The position numbers and the translations under genes are program-made. The notes beneath the pieces were generated by a model. It was not told the origin of the DNA and did no database searches. It saw nothing but the letters and a program-made list of their open reading frames with translations. A DNA stretch of 64,000 bases from Azolla caroliniana (lineage: Eukaryota > Plantae > Polypodiophyta): positions 11,346,001-11,410,000 of the forward strand of contig JBHGNT010000017.1 in assembly GCA_043228905.1 (NCBI GenBank), read 5' to 3'. Positions 60,826-64,000 of the stretch are shown here, piece by piece (position 1 is the first letter of the stretch; each line of letters starts with the position of its first letter).

Positions 60826-61132
60826 TGTCGCGAAGATGCGAGTGCGAGCGTGCTTCGCTTGAGCGGGATCATCGGGGTCTTGGACCAAGGAGGATGTCCG
60901 CAAGGTATTGAGAAGAAGACGATGTGAATGTAAGATTGGAGGAAGACCTATTAGACTTGAGAAGATTTAAGATTGTACACTTGAGAAGTAGATAAATAAT
61001 TACAAGATAGATGCGAAGAAGAAGAAATAGAAGCTTATATTATTGATGGTGATGATGATGGTCATATCATATTGAGCCCCCCCCTTTACACAAGCCGTAC
61101 TAGGGGTTTTATACGTTTGTCCATGCACAAAA
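60826..61132 (-). repeat. Partial LTR (U5 end) of the tRNA-Trp gypsy group
   Basis: TGTCGCG terminus and family U5 motif at 60863-60892. It interrupts a copia pol right after ACGC and is cut by the copia at 61133. Confidence 0.7.
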
Positions 61133-62719
61133 TGTTGAGAGAAAACCTCAACATCAACCGGTTCGGCTGAAGAAGCCGAGGACCGGATCGGTTGGGACCG
61201 ATCGGTTAGGCCGAGTGCGTAAACCGGGAGGTCGCTAGGAAAGATATTCCGTGAGGAATATATTTGGGAGTTAGTGTAGGAGCTCTTGATGAGCATTGAA
61301 GTACTGTCAGTACTTCGGTCAGTCCTTCTAGGGCTTGTATAAAAGTGTTCACTGAGCACGTCTTATGTACAGACTGAGTATTATTGTTGAATATAGTTTT
61401 TCTGTCTTCTCTCTCACTCTCTCTGTCTCTCCCGCGTATACCGTGTAAGCTCAAGCTCTCCATTAAACCTGAGTTTCCTTCCTTCTGTTCGGTCTTCATA
61501 CTTGCTTCCGCACGTTACTTTCTACATGGTATCAGAGCGCGAGGGTTGAGAACCTCTCTGCAGCCGACACAGCTTGACGAAGAAGAACGATGCATAGAGG
61601 CATGGCGAGCTCGCTTCTAACAGAGAATCTCGACAGAACCAACTACGCGTCTTGGTCCTACAAGATGCACCAGTACCTGCCGGGCACGACTACTGGAGTT
61701 ATGTCGAAGGAGCTAATGACACGGCACCCGAATCGACACAAAGAGACTTCCCGTCGTGGGAGCAATCGGCGAGCAGGGTATTGCACTGCTTCGCGTCGTG
61801 TCTGGGCGAACAGCTATTGAGCTATGTTCGGGATGCAAAGACGCCGAAAGGTGCGTGGGAAAATCTGAAGAAGATTTTCGCCGCAAGCACCACAGCCAGG
61901 AAGCTTCAGCTCCGACAGGAGTTGAGCAACCTACGACAACGCGACTTCTCAGTGGCGGACTATACCTCGAAGATCAAGGATATCTGCGACTCCCTCGCCT
62001 CCATAGAGGTGAACATCGAGGAGAGCGAGATGGTCCAGATCTGTCTCGGAGGTTTGGCGTCGAAGTTCGGAACGTTCCGAACGGCTGTGTGTACCCGGGA
62101 GAATACGCCGTCCTTTTTCGACTTACAGTCGATGCTCCTAGTAGAGGAGAACCACGCGGGTGCGTCGACGAGCACGCACACCGACAGCAAGATGTTGTAC
62201 ACGGAGGGAGAAAGGCCCCGTGATCGTGGCGGACGAGGCGAGTCATTAGGCAATGGAAGCGGCCGACGAGATCAAGGAAGAGGGCACCGAAGTGATGCCG
62301 ACTGCAACTCCGGACCCTCCGGAAACAGGGGGAGTCGAAGCGATGAGAACCGGCAAGGGAAGGCCATCGCGGAGTCCTGGTACTATGGCAAGAAAGGCCA
62401 CAGGGAAAGTGAGTGTTGGAAGAAGCGTGCCGATTCGGAGAGAACTGGTTCTGGAAATGGCTCCAGACATACCGACAAGGGAAATCGGCAACGATCGCAC
62501 TACGCCGAAGACTCCGAGAGAGCCAGAGAAGGGCCTGCCTTCGTGATGAGACACGACGCAAACTAAATGAAACAGAGCACCCCGAGATTGGACGAGGTGT
62601 GGTACGTAGACTCCGCCGCGTCAAATCACATGACGAGCCATAAGGAGTGGTTCTCGTACCTTGAAAAACCGATACAACCTGGAGTAGTCGCAACAGGAGA
62701 AGACACTCCGCATCCGATC
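61133..62719 (+). mobile_element. Ty1/copia family C1 5' part: LTR 61133-61526, PBS 61527-61538, gag and start of protease
   Basis: TGTTGAG...TCTACA followed by TGGTATCAGAGC. Gag starts MASSLLTENLDRTNYASW, with a frameshift near 61681. Confidence 0.9.
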
Positions 62720-63010
62720 TCTTCTTCTTAATTTCATAACCAAAAGAGCCTAACCTTTCTTCTTTTTCATCCCTTCTTTTATAGATGCTCTCATGCATAT
62801 GATGCATGTGAGGGTACAAGTCATGCATAAAATGCATGTTCTCCCATTTCGCGCTCATGTATTACATGTGGTGCATGATAACCATGTCACTCATTTTAGC
62901 TCCCATGTATGTGAATTTACATGTAAAAGTACAATGATAGAAATATAAATTCAGCTAAATGTCATGGCTTAGTGGTAAGCCTACTGACTCTTAACTAGGA
63001 GGTGCAAGAT
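62720..63010 (-). repeat. Fragment homologous (inverted) to the 7712-8759 LTR, including part of the tRNA-like module
   Basis: TACATGTGGTGCATGATAACCATGTCACTCATTTTAGCTC and TGGCTTAGTGGTAA match the reverse complement of 8260-8520. Confidence 0.8.
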
Positions 63011-64000
63011 CTTCAGGTCTTCTTTCAAGTTGCCTTATCCACGCTGCTAATAACTCTTCTCGGCTCATCTCGTTCTCCCACAGTATCGCTACCCATGAGG
63101 TGATCGTCCTTTCGATGGGCATTGTTGTACGTTTTGGGGTTAGGGTTAATGATAATGATAATTGATAATGAAGATGGACATGGTGTAATAATGGAAATGA
63201 TGAATGGTATGATGGTGGGAGAGAACATGAAGAACAAGACAAGCATTGAGAAGCATTGTGGGGTGGGGGGTGGTGCCTAGAATGGCTCCACCCCCCTCCC
63301 AAGGGGGTTCAACGTTAAGGGGGAGAGAAAGAGAGAAAGATGTCAAAGAGAGAGCGAGAGATAGAGAAATATGGTTATTGTTGTATTCATTCATTCCCCA
63401 TAAGGGGTTAAATAGTACAAGAGGGGGTAGATACATAGGGGTGTAAGCCCCCTCGAGCATTTATACTGGACATTCACTCACACCTCCTCGTATCCATCCA
63501 CATGCACACACGTGTGCATGTGTTCACATACGTATAGATTCACAATTACATTTATGCCCCCTACACATACACAACAACATCATGATAACATTCGACCCTC
63601 GCTCATCACACTTGACTCTCCGTACATCTTGTACGGGGTAACAGGCATTACCGGCTTTTGTCCATACATAAGCTCCGTCGGCATATACCCTGTCATCGAG
63701 CTGTGTGACGTTCTATCGGCCCACAAGGCATAGGGTAATAGTCGTGGCCAATTCCCGACTCGACCGTTGCATGCCCGTACGATGGCTTTAACGATAGGTC
63801 CATGCCCTCGCTCGATCTTCCCATTCGCTTCCGGATTGTAGGTAGTCGTGAGGGAGAGCTTCACGCCTACTCGTTTGAAGAGCTATGTCACTTCGTGCGC
63901 ATCCAACTCCCCTCGGTCAGCCACTATCTTCCCCACACATCCGTATCGCCAAACAACCTCTTCAAGTAGAAATTTGCAAACAGCTGAAGTCATCTTATTT
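63011..64000 (-). pseudogene. Integrase fragment of the tRNA-Trp gypsy family, interrupted by a solo LTR
   Basis: Encodes SLTTTYNPEANGKIERGHGPIVKA...WPRLLPYALWADRT, homologous to the G3 integrase. Confidence 0.85.
63123..63643 (+). mobile_element. Solo LTR with 5-bp TSD GGCAT
   Basis: TGTTGTAC...GGTAACA flanked by GGCAT at 63118-63122 and 63644-63648. Homologous to 33712-34231. Confidence 0.92.

Overview
This 64-kb window has no recognisable host gene. It is a eukaryotic LTR-retrotransposon nest of about 20 insertions and fragments. The source is very probably a land plant; the element types suggest a non-seed plant such as a bryophyte or fern (inference). Components: (i) several Ty1/copia families with tRNA-iMet PBS and 5-bp TSDs, including one complete copy at 46055-51653; (ii) a Ty3/gypsy family with FLDD RT, DHG protease, no chromodomain, an 18-nt tRNA-Trp PBS and 4-bp TSDs, present as two full-length copies (10909-18024, 52033-58969), two truncated copies, a solo LTR and fragments; (iii) a second non-chromoviral gypsy with a three-knuckle Gag and a long extra 3' ORF; (iv) an LTR family that starts with telomere-like repeats and has a tRNA-Arg-like PBS. 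The strongest signals all belong to the tRNA-Trp gypsy family. All six readable integration sites are 4-mers centred on CpG. Pol appears to be reached by a -1 frameshift placed after the protease, via a G_GAU_UUU heptamer plus a pseudoknot with a compensatory base change across three copies. Its largely dissimilar LTRs share a ~30-nt U5 motif, and one LTR type carries a tRNA-like Pol III module. All analyses were done by eye; no alignment, folding or database search was run.
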